NCBI RefSeq assembly: GCF_026571515.1
Contig: NW_026863697.1
Span: forward strand, 434,001-498,000
DNA length: 64,000 nucleotides
Origin: Ruditapes philippinarum
Taxonomy: Eukaryota
Direction of reading: 5' to 3'
Below, in pieces: positions 39,763-53,881 of this stretch (positions are counted from its first letter, which is position 1; every line of letters begins with the position of its first letter). The notes beneath the pieces were generated by a model. That model searched no databases. It worked only from the letters and a program-made list of their open reading frames with translations, and was not told the origin of the DNA. Both the position numbers and the translations under genes were made by a program.

Positions 39763-42354
39763 CTATTGTAACGCTTCTTCTAACTAAATGCAGATGAAAT
39801 ACTTGTTTTACATGTAATTTACCGGTACTTGCCGCTCCTTTATGAGTTGTCCAACTGTAATTGTTATACAATGAATATATATATACAAACTGATGTCACG
39901 TTAACTTCGTTGTTTTAATTATTATCCAGATTTGACCACAAGCAACTATTTGAGAAAAAGATTTGATTTCGTTATTGCATTGTTTTGTAATTTCTGCCCG
40001 AACGATATTTGTTTAAATGATATTAAAAACTAGTTATTTGTTTTCATTTCCACCACATTCAAACAATTTGCTAAAATACCAAGCAATATGAAAAGCAGTG
40101 GTATTACTTTTATTGAAGTCAGCTTCAATTTCGCCACACAGTTTTGTTAGTTTTGTATTTGCAGACAGCATTTTTAATATTATTATGTTTGCGGAGTGAT
40201 TTCCATGCGGATTAAATTTACGCTTCGACTGAAAATTATACCGTTCCCTTATGTTTATTCTAACACAGCTTGGTCAGGTTGCTATGATTTTAATGTGATT
40301 TAATATTTTGATTAATTTTGTGTCTGATACTCTAAAACATTGGTTGGAAAGAAATGGATGCTACAACTGCATTACTTCAACACCTTCTAGCTGACAATAA
40401 TTTGGATATTAATTATTTATTGATTTGGTACAACAAAACTTAATCAATAAAAAAACAACATACACAAGTAAGCTCATTCATCAAAGACCAATACATTTTG
40501 CATTGATGCATGCGTATGTCGATACCAGACCGATGTTTACATGTATTTATGTATTTAATATATAGCGTTTCTCAAGATGAATTTAAGAGAAAATAAAGCA
40601 GGATTGTTAAGTGACCTAAAGTAAAACTAGAAATCAAAGACCCTTATTTTGATTGGACACAATGGGTTTTATTATCAAACCAAGGTAGATAATGTCAGAT
40701 ATATGTGTATTTTTAACGTAAAGTTTAATTTTCGGCTAAAGTATAAATATAAAGATATGATCAATATGGAAGAATATACAGTAAATTATTGTATGGCAAA
40801 ATGTTGCTGTTGCATTTGATGAACACATTATGCATAAATATCCTATATTGAGACTTCATCGGACTTTCAAATGGTAATATAATGACAGCTTTATAGAACT
40901 GTTATATAATTTGTCCTTCGCCAGACACTATTCATTGCCAAACAATTCTCTATAATAGTCAATATCTCGCAGTTAAGCATTGCAAAGGAATAAATGAGCA
41001 ACACGGCAGACATTCAGATATATTTTATATTACTAAATTTCTTTACGAAAGCTTTGTATAGAAAATATATATTACAGGACATTGGCATAAGAAGAATGGC
41101 TTACAAATGTTGGTTCAATGGTAGATTTAGATATATTTTACAAATAAAACTACATTAAATTGCAAACGTTTTCTCATATATTTGTCTATGTTTCCACATG
41201 GTATATCATCGATAGATCCCTACTCTGACGTTTAACAACAATAGAGTAATAACCACAAACATGGACATGTGATCTTTGTTAACAAGTATGATGAAATTTT
41301 TATTGTAGCCATTTATCTAGACAGGTCAGGGATCTATGCGTTTTGTATCATAGACAGTTAATTACAACTTTATCAGATAGAATATCGTAAATTAAAAGAC
41401 ATTTTATATTTATTGTCAATAATTTAAAAGGATTTTGTCTTTGGTGTCTATAAGTGTCAAGCTAATTTCGCTGCATACCGTCTGCGTATTAAAAACAATA
41501 CTCTTTTGGAAAGGTCAACATGTCTGGGATTCCCAACCATTTAGTTTCATTGAGATTTCTCATTACCAAGACGTTCCTTGTGGCTTAAAAATGTAAACAG
41601 CATCTTATCGTACGTGATTGTTTCCAAGACAATAGGATTCTTTTTTTTTACTGTAGGAACTTGATGCTTTGACAAATAACCACTTGCTGTCAGCTTTCAA
41701 CCCTCTGATTGCTTCATTAGCCTCTGTGCGAAAGTAAATACCATTGGAAGCTGTTGTTCCTAATGTCTCCAAAAGTCTCTGAAAATAAATGTCGGTTATG
41801 TCTTTGTTTTTATTTCATTAGCATCACGAGCTTGTTTTGTCGTTAATTTGTATTGTCACACTGTAACAGATCAATATTCAGATTTCCAAATAAAGTGTCA
41901 GTAATTTATGATCGTGCTTAATTATGAAACCTTATTTCATTACACTATTTTTGCCGAGACTCTTTGAATTTTAATGCAATTGGCATGTTTTCGTAAAACA
42001 GCGGAAAATAGTTAAATTAATTTAATGATATTATTTAGATTGGCAAACTTCTGCACAAATTGAACACTTTTAATTACTCTGTCGATTTTACAGCTCTATT
42101 CAAGCTAAAATTACGGCACGCTTGTAAATAAACCGTTGTGAAATATGGCTCGAATAATGCAAATTTAATAATAAGAGTAATATATTACCACGGTGCGTTG
42201 CCTTAAAAATTAATTACCTAACTTCATGATTTTGTTCTTAACGTACTAATTGCATATAATATATAAGAATACAAGAAAAGTTAATATTACGTATTAAGCG
42301 CATTTGTGTTGTAATGACATGATTAGAAATAATTTGTCATTAGATGCATTGTAA

Positions 42355-42800
42355 GAGCAAACATGCAAATGCTAGGTAATCCATGCAAACGCTAGAATAT
42401 CATTGCATACTCCAAGATCATTATGCAAGCGCTAGGTTAACAATGCAAACGCTAAGAAAAGCCATGCACATGTTATGATTACTATACATTCACTAGGTTA
42501 ACCATGCAAACGCTAGAATAACCTTTTGCATATGCTATTATAACCATGCAAACGCTAGATTTACCATGCAAACGCTAGACTAATAGTGTAAACACTATCA
42601 TAACCATAAAACGCTAGAAAATATGTTAACGCTAAACTAACCATTCAAACGCTAGAAAAACTATGCACATGGTAAGATAACCGTGCAAACGCAATAATTA
42701 CCATGTAAACATTAGAATAACCATACAAACGGAAAATTTTTCATATGAAAGCTAAATTAAAAATGCAAACGCTATGAAAACCATGCAAACGCAAAGTTAA
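42355..42800. repeat. Diverged ~20-bp tandem array (AACCATGCAAACGCTAGAAT)
   Basis: About twenty degenerate units. Confidence 0.85.
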
Positions 42801-44155
42801 AATGCTAGCCTACCTAAGAAAGCAAACCTAGCGCAGCCAACAACCTAGCAGAATCTTAACCAAAGCAAACGCTATCATTACCTTCTTGTAGATAACAATA
42901 CATCGTGGAAATTCTAGCACAAGAAAATAATCAATCAAACAACAAACAGCATGCTGACCTTGTTCTTACTGTTGCGTGTGTCTATCTGCAAATATTTACA
43001 GGCACTTTCTCCTGTATTTACTTATCTGGATATATTTTATTATCAGCAAAAAGCTGGCGGAAACACGCTTGAGACTTTAAGTGCCTTGCTTGTAAGGTGA
43101 AAATAGTATTTTTTCTTAATTTCTTTCGTTTTTTCTTTCGAACCGAAATATATTTGTTAAAAAGTGGTATATATAATTTTATGTAATGAAATCATATGAA
43201 GACTATAACAGAATCCTTATAATTGTCTTTGGAAAATTAATTCTTATAGATTAAGTCATAAGTAGTCGCAGACAATATGCTAAAGCTACATCAATATTTT
43301 ATCAAGATTTAAATTAAATGGTGTAAACATTTTATTAGTTCGTTAACTTTTTTTTAATTTAAAAGTAAACATTTTATGCAGTTTTTGTCATGAGTAGATG
43401 TTTCTTTCTTTCTTTTTGTTGTTGTTGTTTTCATTTTTTCCCGTTTTCTCTTGTATTCTTGTATCGTTATTTTGACTTTACAATGTCTACAAGCACGTGT
43501 CAGATATAATTTGCACTAAGGGGAGGGGGCGGGGGTGTTGGTTTTACGGCGCACCAACACTGTTAAGGTCATATATGTATTGCAATTATGTGGTTTCTGG
43601 AAAGAATGCAAATCGACATTCTCTTTATATGAAGATAATCGAAATAAAGATATGATATATTGATGACGTCACAATCTATGTAATTTCAATTATCTATGCG
43701 TATTGAAGTGGATAAAGACGAGATTAGGTGATATCACAGTTTTCTTCAGGCTTTTATACAATACCCGAGGCAGATGAATACCCCTACAGCTTTACTGGCC
43801 TGATTATGTTTCCAATGAATTATACCTGATCTAGCTATTCAATTAACAAGCAATATTGCAAAGTTATATGACAATTTGCTTCCAGGCATGATGCTTATGA
43901 TTATACACATAGCAAATACGTACCTTGTATGACATGCGTATGATGACATAGATACGAGAGTATGTGTGCTCCGTACTTTCACATCAGATATATTTTCCAT
44001 TAGACAATGTTACAATTTTTCATTTGTTAAAGATGCCATGCTGAATGGATTTGTTGACATAGAATAACGAAAAAAAGTATCATTTCTTTCCAAATTAAGA
44101 CTTCTCAAAACCATCTATGTCTGTCGAGCGCCACCTCTCAATAACCAAGGTATTT

Positions 44156-44327
44156 GAGCCGCGTCATGTCAAAACTTAGTACATAGTGCGTTTGAAAAAA
44201 ACGTTTAAAAAGTAAAGAAACTGATAGCGAACAGCATGGATCCTGATCAGACTGCGCGGATGCGCAGGCTGGTCTGGATCCATGCTGGTCGCAAATCCAT
44301 TATGTTGGTTTTGTCGTGACGCGACTC
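44156..44327. mobile_element. Palindromic MITE copy 5 (left internal hairpin lost)
   Basis: Both termini present and the right arm intact; most of the left arm is deleted. Confidence 0.82.
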
Positions 44328-44489
44328 ATTCGTCTCCCATGGGACTTGCTCAAATAGGATTTTCAAGTCACTGAGGAATTTAGAAATGTCGACAATAGCT
44401 TCAAAAGTATTGAATAGGTATCGTCATATTTTAAGTGTGACTTTCTCATGAGTTGGATGTAGCTGCCTCCACATACCATACAATACGTT

Positions 44490-44720
44490 ATCAACACAAT
44501 TTAGGTCATATGGCTCCGAAACAGGAAAGATGATTTTGGCTTACCTCGGGTGTTACAAACATAAAGCAACACCAGGGGTCAAAACCTCCTAACCTGCTGA
44601 AGCTTAGTGATGTATAGACTACAGTAATTCGAACTCATTTAGCTGCCTCTTACTTTCACGCAGGTATAAACATTGACTACAATTCTGATGCTTCAACCAT
44701 TAAAAGCCACCTCTCAGCCA
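44490..44720 (-). mobile_element. SINE relic
   Basis: Tail motif CAACACAATTTAGGTCATATGG at the left and a reverse B-box-like TTCGAACTC at the right. Confidence 0.5.
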
Positions 44721-47700
44721 CAAGGTGTAACACATAATCATAAATCATATCGAAATTGAAATGTTTAGTATTAATGTGAAAGCTAATTGTTCAAATCACT
44801 AGAATTACCTGGATCAATTATTTAACAATCAGTCGGGATCAATCAATTAGAATTCAAAGAAATACATGTATCTGTTTCCGATTGGTGTAGTCTGTTTTTG
44901 AATGAATATGTATACATGGCGTGACACAGAATTGTTGCTAAATTGATATTAATTGATAAGTGACAGGTATTCACCCAGAACAATTAATACCTGCTGATTC
45001 ATGGCCTCATTGTTAAAATTGAAAAATAATATATGCACACCAGGGAGTTGAGATTGATTTTTTTACAATAAAATTTGCTTTATTCAATATATATAATCTA
45101 ATAAATCTTTGGCATTATCATGATTTCACAATTACTTGAAAAATGGTTCAATATATCAAAACTTGATATATTTTTTATAATTATTTGCAAACATACTCGT
45201 ATATATAATGCTACAACAAAATCAGATATGTGCCTTAAAGATTAAAAAAAAATTAGATTCATTATAGAATTTGCATTTTTAGGGGTAAGTGATGATCTCT
45301 GAATATATTTTTAATTTCTAATTCTATTTTTACATTATGATATCTGTGCGTGAACTTATATCGACGATATACTTTTTTCGAATTTCGGCATTAACCTCCC
45401 TTTTCTGAACTAATTCACTGCCACTTAATTTAAAAGTTGCATATACGTTAACAGAATGCTATACATTACTATCAAATAATTTCGTGATAAACTATCCTCC
45501 AATTTGATATTCTGCAAGATTTTCTGTCGATGAGCATCTAACAATTTTCCTTCCGTATCATCACATGTGCACAAGACCGGCTGTATGGTTTCTCCAATTA
45601 TGTAAATGGGTTGACAGTTCCAATGATTGTAAAACGTCATATTCATTCCACAACGTTAGATTGAATTATCAAATTGAATGTTCCGAGACAGTTCTGAAAA
45701 CTGTTGAGTGCATTAGAACATTTTCCCCGAGATGAAGTATCCTTTGCGTCAAAAGAATCGGCCAACAGATCCGGAATTTAAGCGTCGATTTTAATGAATT
45801 GTTGATGAGGACAAACATTATTCACAAAGCAGATGCAAGGTTTCTTTCTCTTTATACAAAGGAGATGACCTTTTTTTGTGCCTGTAAAACGAGTATGTTA
45901 TAGCGATGTTCGTGAACAAATAGATTACAAATTTGAAATAAAATATGATTTTAATTTAAGGAGTTTCAATAATTGTAGCAAAAGAAATTAAAATACATTT
46001 TAAGTAAAGGTAATACGTTAAAGACACATTTTCAACAACACTCAATTGTTTTATAAGCTGATAAAGTTCAGAAAGACATAAACAATGCTAAGAATTTATG
46101 ATAAATTTGATATCTTACATTACAGCCCATCAGGAGGCGATGCAATAACGATCTTTAGCGGTCTTCTCTTCTTTTATGTTCAAGGAAATTTAAATTAAAA
46201 TATATGGCCATGCGCCAGTTGGCATTTCTTTGTCATTTGAAAGCCGCCACATAACCTGAACTACTTAGACAAAACAAGTTCATAAATAGTCCTACGTTTT
46301 TGCCTTTGATCTTCATGTTCATGTCACGACATTTCCATTGTACGTTTACACCAATAAGGTCCTAAATAGTTTCCTAAGGACCAGTTTTAATAGTGAACAG
46401 TATTGGAATACGTTATTTAATAATAGGGTTAAAAAATAGTTCTGTTTCACGTTAATAATATATACTAGTATATAAATATGTTTGTCGCACACAACACAAC
46501 TAGAATAACTTGTTAATATAACAATAATTTGAGTATGTATTAGATAATATGAGATGTAGGAGTGAAAATCGTGTCATTGAGAATGTCATACGTTCATCAT
46601 ATATAGTTCATTGTTTATGATGTAAATGATATTCAATTGTGCTAAAAATGAAACGAGCTTGTACATGTATATCAAAATACAACTGTATTGTGTATCGTAT
46701 AATTAAGGGCAATGTTATATACACTTATGAAATCGGCTTAAATAGTCAGCACTTCATTTATTTGCATTATATTCACCTCGAAAAGGAGGAGTGATTCCAA
46801 TTCAAAAAAGAGAAAGAAAGTACATGTATTACATGTATTACAATGCATTTGTTGATAATACAGCATTCGTATCAATTACGTATGACAATATATGTTATTG
46901 TGCACGTTTGTAACCTCACTTTTCAATGGATTATCGAGACCTTTATATAATCTTATATACACTCCTAGTTGCTCTTGTTATACACGTATATTACTAAATA
47001 ATAATAAATATGTAGTTGAAAAAATGTCTTACCGCTATTTAACTATTTTTGCAAACTTTTAAACTCATTGATAAGCATAAAACTCGTATATTAAAAAGCT
47101 AATATATTGAGTTTATATGTTCAATCGTTTAAAAAAACTGATGACGTAGCGGTCACCATTTAAAACCAAAATTGCAACTTGACATAATGTTTTAAAAGAC
47201 TTAATTCTTAATATATATTATACAATTTGACTATTTGTCTAAATCACTAACTGATAATTAAGCAATGTTTAAACAATTCTTAATTTATGGTATTGCGTAT
47301 TTTCAAAGGAATCTGTTCAATCGTTTTTCATTTATAGTACAGCCTCTGTCAAGCGGCCATCTAAACAGTTTTAAACAACATCAAATACATATAATAGGAA
47401 TCCCTAAAGAAAGTCCAAAACGACAAAATTGAAAATATTGCGGCTCGGTTTTTGATTGAGCCTGTTAATTGACGGTACTATCAAGTGCAAAGTGCAAATT
47501 ACTCCCCCAGCACCGGTTACGGCAGACTCACTAACATTTTACTCAAAGTAAGAACAATAAAATTAACCTCTGTTAAGCAAATGCCTCTCAGTAGCAACCA
47601 AATTATACATTTCCGAAAGGATGAAGCTCTTCAAGGTTGCACTGCAGTTCTTCCTAAATGTCATCAAAAGATGTTTATTAGATTTAATATATACTTTTGT

Positions 47701-48519
47701 ATAAACTTCATCTCGAGTTTTAATCGTCTGAAATGTGATCGTATGTACACGATACCAGAACATCGACTCAACATTAATGTCATGTACGTGCACTTTCCAA
47801 TAAGATACGTCAAATATTTACATATAATCTGAGCAAACAGTTGTTCATTACAATTTATTGGATGAAATCAGACGCCTCTATGTTTAATTGAATATGTCAA
47901 AATCAAAATAAATACCCTTACAGATAAACTATGTTTGCTATTTTCATAAAGTGTCTATTTTTGATACATTGTATGTCTAGGTTATTTTCAATGGAATATT
48001 TTATTCATCGATTTTGATCTTTTATAAACACAATACCCCGTTCAAATTTCATTATTTGTATCTCCGATTTCAAAAACTAATCTGATTTGTATTTGATTTA
48101 ATCATATCTATGATACTCGCACTTTATTTGACCTTAAATCAAACGGAAAGCAAAAGTACACTTATACTGATTCTTCGATATAATATAGAGTCGTTTGTTG
48201 ATAATCACTTTTAGCTTTATATTTTATGTATTTTGTTTCGGTTTGATTTATAGCGTTGTTATATTAACATACATTTAGGCGTATAATCTTTTAGTTTTAG
48301 TCAATATATCTTGAAGACAGCTTTGAATAAAGTTATCGATTTCATGTACACGTTTGTACAAAATAACACAATACATGTACAATACAATATAATACAATGC
48401 ATTGCAATACAATACAAAACAATACCTTATTATAGGCATTTTTGCATGATGAGTATATTCTTAGAATAAGGATAATCCAAAGTACGATCATAGTTCAACT
48501 TTAGATAACATCCAACATA

Positions 48520-48599
48520 GTTATTATTTTTACTATTATTATTATTTTTATTATTATTATTATTACTATTATCATTATTATTATTATTATTATTATTAT
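48520..48599. repeat. (ATT)n microsatellite
   Basis: Direct observation. Confidence 0.9.
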
Positions 48600-51500
48600 A
48601 ATTTCTGTTTCAAGTAATGCCACATTTTCTTTATCGACAATTTATTCAAACCTGGATGTTAAAAAATGAATTCATGTCACATTAATTTGAATGTTTTCTG
48701 ACAACAAACCTATTGTTTTTTGTTTACCAGTTGTATTTCGTATCAAGGCTATTAATTAACTGTAACAAAGCCTCATTATATATCGATATTATTTTATGTA
48801 CATAGTAATTAATTATTGTTCATCAAAGACGGGTTGCGAGTAGGTAAAGTTATGTGTTACAACAAATGTATATAAAAATAACATTTTTATGTTCATTATT
48901 AAATTTCTTTTTTCCTCAATTACTCTTTTTTGCCTTATCTGTAGTAAAGACTAATCCGTGTTGGTTTTTTGAGAATATGTCACGAGTACCACTGCTACAA
49001 TAAACAAAAAACAAAAAAAATGTTTGACAGTTATGCTCTTTGTCAGGATTTCTCAATAAATACTACCACATTCATTCAAATAAATGAGGTCTATTAACCA
49101 ATACTTTGTCATAAATATAGGTATATTATATTCATTGATTAAAACGGTTTGCGAATGGAAAGTATAAAGCAAAATTGCTTTCATCGGCCTCATTGGAATT
49201 CATTAATTATAACAATTATTGACTAACTTCGTCTGGCGCCTTCACTCCTTCATCATGCACGTAACACTATTATATTCTTTCAGATGATGCCTTTTTCTAA
49301 ACAAAACAATTAACCGCTTCTTTAAGGTGTATTAAATCATTTAAAAATAAATTTTCAACAGTCTTCTTAATTTGGAAATAAAAACAGAAAACGCTGATAT
49401 TATCAGCGTCTGGAGACAGTTATCTTTCTTATTTCCAACACACCACGTCTTTGCAACGGAATTTGCTATACCTCTTTAATTATATTTTCTATCTACAATA
49501 CATTCCATTATTGCGCCCTCACATGTCAGATATCGTGTTGCGTTTTCGGGATTATTACGTCAATACTGATTATATAGCAAGTCTAGATTTTCATCATTAG
49601 TTGCTCTTAGTAGGAATCCCCTAAGGCTAATTAACGGCGATTCAGTGACGGCATCAAATAAAATATGCATTTGTGTTTCTTCGGTATTCCGTTCACTCAC
49701 GAAAAGATAGAGACGGTATGCCAACTTGAAGGCGATAAAAGAAGGTTATGACCACCTTGAGAATGCTAAACTGAGACGTGGATGATGTAGGGACTTTACT
49801 ATTGATAAGAAAATATCATTCGAATTTGTCAATTGTTTTATATGTGTGTACTATTGCTACTAAATAAGATCTATAATTAGAAGGCGAATCTGGAGCAGTA
49901 AATAATGTATAGGTGTGTGGGAGTGGTTATCTATTGTTATTTTAGATGAATTGCCGTGAATATATAATGAAATATATACCGACATGGATATAAAAATAAG
50001 AAATAAATCTTGTTTTTTTTGCAGTCATTGACATTGTAACAAACAACGTTTGTACTTTAAAAGTTCCTGTAACACAATTTTTTTATGGTTTTATATCATA
50101 AATATGCATATATTCTAATGATTACATATTATGTGCACACATATTTGCAGTGCATATTTTACATATTCTTCGATGTGTGACAATTGTTTTACAGGCATAA
50201 TTATATACATATATAAAATTTCACTTAAGTGTGGTAACAACTTCAATAACAACATGCAGGATCTTTTTGGAATCACTATTAAAAAAGAATGGCATTAAAA
50301 CACACAGTGTGTCAAATTCTATTACTAAAACAAAGTGATTCATAAACCTAGTTTTCTTGAATTTTCAATATTTGAATAGTCGTTCCCATGTAATTAATTG
50401 ACAAACCATATCGGATATTTCTGTTTGATTCTGAATAATATACCTCATATTAAAAAGAAATTTATTTAAAACTGTCCCACTAATTGAGTCATATTGAATA
50501 ATGTATTGATATTTTTCTATCAGTGAATCGATTAATAAAGAGTTATTGATATTGATAATAACTTGATAGATTCAAAAACCTCTACGATTAATTAGATTGA
50601 TTTTCAGCAAATGTTATTATGATTAAAACACCGTGCATCTAGATTTGTGCTATTTTCTGATAGAAATAATAATAAAAACTATATTCAAGAGTACAAATTA
50701 AATTTAATTTAGCTTAACATTAACACTAATGTAAGCGTCGAACGTACATAAAACATGATATTACAGTAATCAAAATGTATGAATAACTTTGCTTAGAAAA
50801 AAGCATATTGTTTATTACAAAATGGTACAACCTTACTCATGATTGCAAAACATAAACGCATTGCATAAGTCATTGGATCAAATATTTACAATAAAAAAGA
50901 TGCAATGCTATGCATTAAAAACATATACTTTTTAAAAAAAAGAAAGTTCAACACATCAAAGTGAACATTTTCGTTGTATTTTGTTTACTTTGAAGTGTGA
51001 ACATGTAGCGTAAAACAATCTCTTATATTGAATATCTGTCATTTATTAATAAACATGGTATAAAAGTGAACTCCGCCGTAAAATATCTTGACTCAGTGTC
51101 ATATAAAATCAGTTTTTTTTCTTTAACACCTATCAAATGAATCATTCATGTTTTGTATGGTTGGAAACATTTGATTGAAAAGCATGTAAATAAAAGTTTC
51201 AAATGGACTGAAATACAACGCTAAATTAAATGTTAAGTATTACCGTTGATTGTTCACGACCGATAATCGATGCTATCAATGCTTCTATCGAGGTATTTGA
51301 ACATTTTAGCGAGCTTCAATTCTCCGGGGGAGTAATAAGTTATATCAAATTGTCGCCGTTTAATTTGAACGAATTCACCCGTTCAGTAATTGTATTTTCT
51401 ATGTTTCCATTCCGATAGCTATCGGCATTCAGCAAACAATAACCTAACGATCTTATTATGTAATAGAGCAGGCTAGAGTACAATTTTGAGCAAGATAAGA

Positions 51501-52324
51501 GGGCTGTTTGAAAAGAGTAAATTTCACATCATTAGATAAATGTAACCTCGATGTGAATACTTAATGGACTGCTGCCTTCAAAGATATGACAAATGCAATT
51601 CAAGGCGCACCTGATCAGGTTAATGAATAGAAATAATCAATTTGCTGGCATTAACTTCAATCAATTAAGTTTACTCTAAAGTATTATTTAATTATCTGAG
51701 ACGCAAAGGTTTCAGGCTGTAGTGCAACTTTATATTTACTTAAACGCTCTTGGGAAGACTGCAGTCAATTTAAGAAGAAAATCGTTTCTTTTATTCAGAC
51801 AAACATGATTTGTCATTAATATTTTATTTATCTCTTAAAAGGAAACAATGTATCCATTTCAGATCAACGTATGCATGTTATTAATTATTGGTTGTTGAAA
51901 TAAATAAATAAAGAAAGAAAAGATAGAGATATCTATAATTAAATATAAAAAAACATAAGACAAATTAAAATATACGAATATGGATATTATTTAACAAACT
52001 TATGCAAATTCATTCTGATAGTTAAACCACATTAGCATTCACAGGCAGTAAAACCATTTAAGTATTTTTGCTTCTTGTAAGTTGGTTAAATACGGATATA
52101 ACTGAAAGTTGCAATTATTATAATGTATTATAATGCAATAAAAAAAGAAATAAATAGTAAACACATTGTGAATAATAAATTATTGTTAAATACTCATTTT
52201 ACAAAATTGGATGCAGTGGTGGTGCTAGGGGGACTTTATTGACCATTGGCCACTGCAAGTCTTTACATTTTCATTAGTTCCACTTTTCGCTTTTTCTTAG
52301 TATAGAAGAATTGTAAGCTTATAT

Positions 52325-52560
52325 GTTATAGGTTGTTGACATCAAACCGCTAGTCCCTCACCGCTACGAGTCCTAATCCCGACATGGTCTTTGGAATCTT
52401 AAAAGTGGGGAAGCTAGCGAGCTAGCTTATAAAAAGTCGGTGGTTCTACTCGGGTGCCCGTTTGTGCCTGAGATAGTACAATAAGGGGCATCCGAGGTAT
52501 TCCTCCTTCTGGAAGTCACCATATGATTTTTAATGTGTTTGTGATGCGTAAAACTTCACG
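52325..52560 (+). mobile_element. Meta-type SINE, near full length, diverged
   Basis: tRNA-like head plus GTCGGTGGTTCTACTCGGGTGCCCG..GGAAGTCACCATATGA. Confidence 0.75.
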
Positions 52561-53644
52561 AACAATGTATAGCCGTCCAATCTATTTTAAACGACGAAAT
52601 CTGAAGTTTTTGAGACCGTAAATTAGATATAGTTTCATCAATTGTTTTCTCTTAACCTTTAGCAGATACTATTGGACATTTTATCTATTCCAGACATCTG
52701 TAATTTCACGTCTATTGATGATATGTCACTATTTTTAATCTTCTTAGCGGTTCAGCTATAATATTCATCATGGAGGATTACACATTTGCTCAGGCGTAAT
52801 GGTTGTTTTAACTATAATGATCCATCTCTTTGGGAAAATTTATATTTTCAGTCAAAGCGTTGAAATCTTTGATTTATTCTTTAGCATTGGACCAAATTTG
52901 TTTCAAGTCTTATTAGTGAAAGAAACGTTTGGCAACACGGATGCATATTTTTTTTGCAAAAAGCTTTAAATTAAAGCAATTACACTTCCTTAAAGTAAAG
53001 AAAAACGGAATCCCTAAAGACGATAAAATAAATTATGTTGCAAGTTTGGTTTGATTGAGCCTGTTTTTAGACCGTACTGGAAAATACAAGTTACCGTCCA
53101 CGCCCCCTTTCACCGGCTGAAGAAGAATTCAACATATAAACACGAAAATTGTGAACTTTTTAATTTAGTAACAAAAGATTTGCTCATACGGCGGTTATCA
53201 TGTTAATAATTTGTCCACGTAAACAGTACAAATAAGCGGTTCTTACAATTAATTTATCCTTTTTTCTATTTGATTCCCTTTCTTTTTTTGTATTGTGTAT
53301 TATAACTTTTTTTACATTTAATGTAAGGCCGTTTCTCTATCATTCACTAATTTTAAACACCATTGATGATGTTTGAAAAATGAACTGGGAATATTTTAAG
53401 CATGTTTTTATCAAGCATTCCGCATTGAAATATTAAAACTCCTGACATTATTTCCATCATGTTATTCAATCATAAAAAACAATTATATGTATAAAAACTG
53501 ACGGAAGTTATCAAAACTTAATACTCAAACATAGAAGTAACAACATGATTTAGAGGTTTTCCTTACATTTGTCGTTTAAATAGTTGATAAAGGGCTTAAC
53601 CGTTACTGATGCAGAATAAATACATGTCAAAATCATCTTTAAAG

Positions 53645-53680
53645 AGGCCAGGTTATGTCTTGGTAGATCTGGCAATGGAC
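53645..53680 (+). CDS. Candidate 36-nt symmetric microexon of the prohormone-4-like gene ((E)ARLCLGRSGNG(R))
   Basis: ctttaaag| acceptor, C|GTATGG donor, phase 1-1, open in frame, followed by a 69-nt intron before the LDLa exon. It supplies a Cys that makes the cysteine count even. Confidence 0.45.
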
Positions 53681-53749
53681 GTATGGATTTTCTTATAATA
53701 AATTGCCATGTTAAAGACGAATTCTTCATTTAAAGTTCCTCTATTTCAG

Positions 53750-53881
53750 GTAATCCTTGTCCAGCATGGAAACCATTCTTATGCCAGTCGTCACAAGCAT
53801 GTATAGCTTTAGACACCGTTTGTGACGGTCACCCCGATTGTCCCGACCATTTTGATGAAGATGAAGAACTCTGCAATGCAA
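53750..53881 (+). CDS. Prohormone-4-like gene, LDL-receptor class A domain exon
   Basis: atttcag| ... |gtaagt, phase 1-1. NPCPAWKPFLCQSSQACIALDTVCDGHPDCPDHFDEDEELCNA has six Cys in LDLa spacing and the CDG..DC...DE motif. Confidence 0.92.

Noticed and set aside
45425-45646. 73-aa minus-strand ORF with several Cys
   Set aside because: In-frame stop just upstream, no recognised motif and no convincing splice sites.
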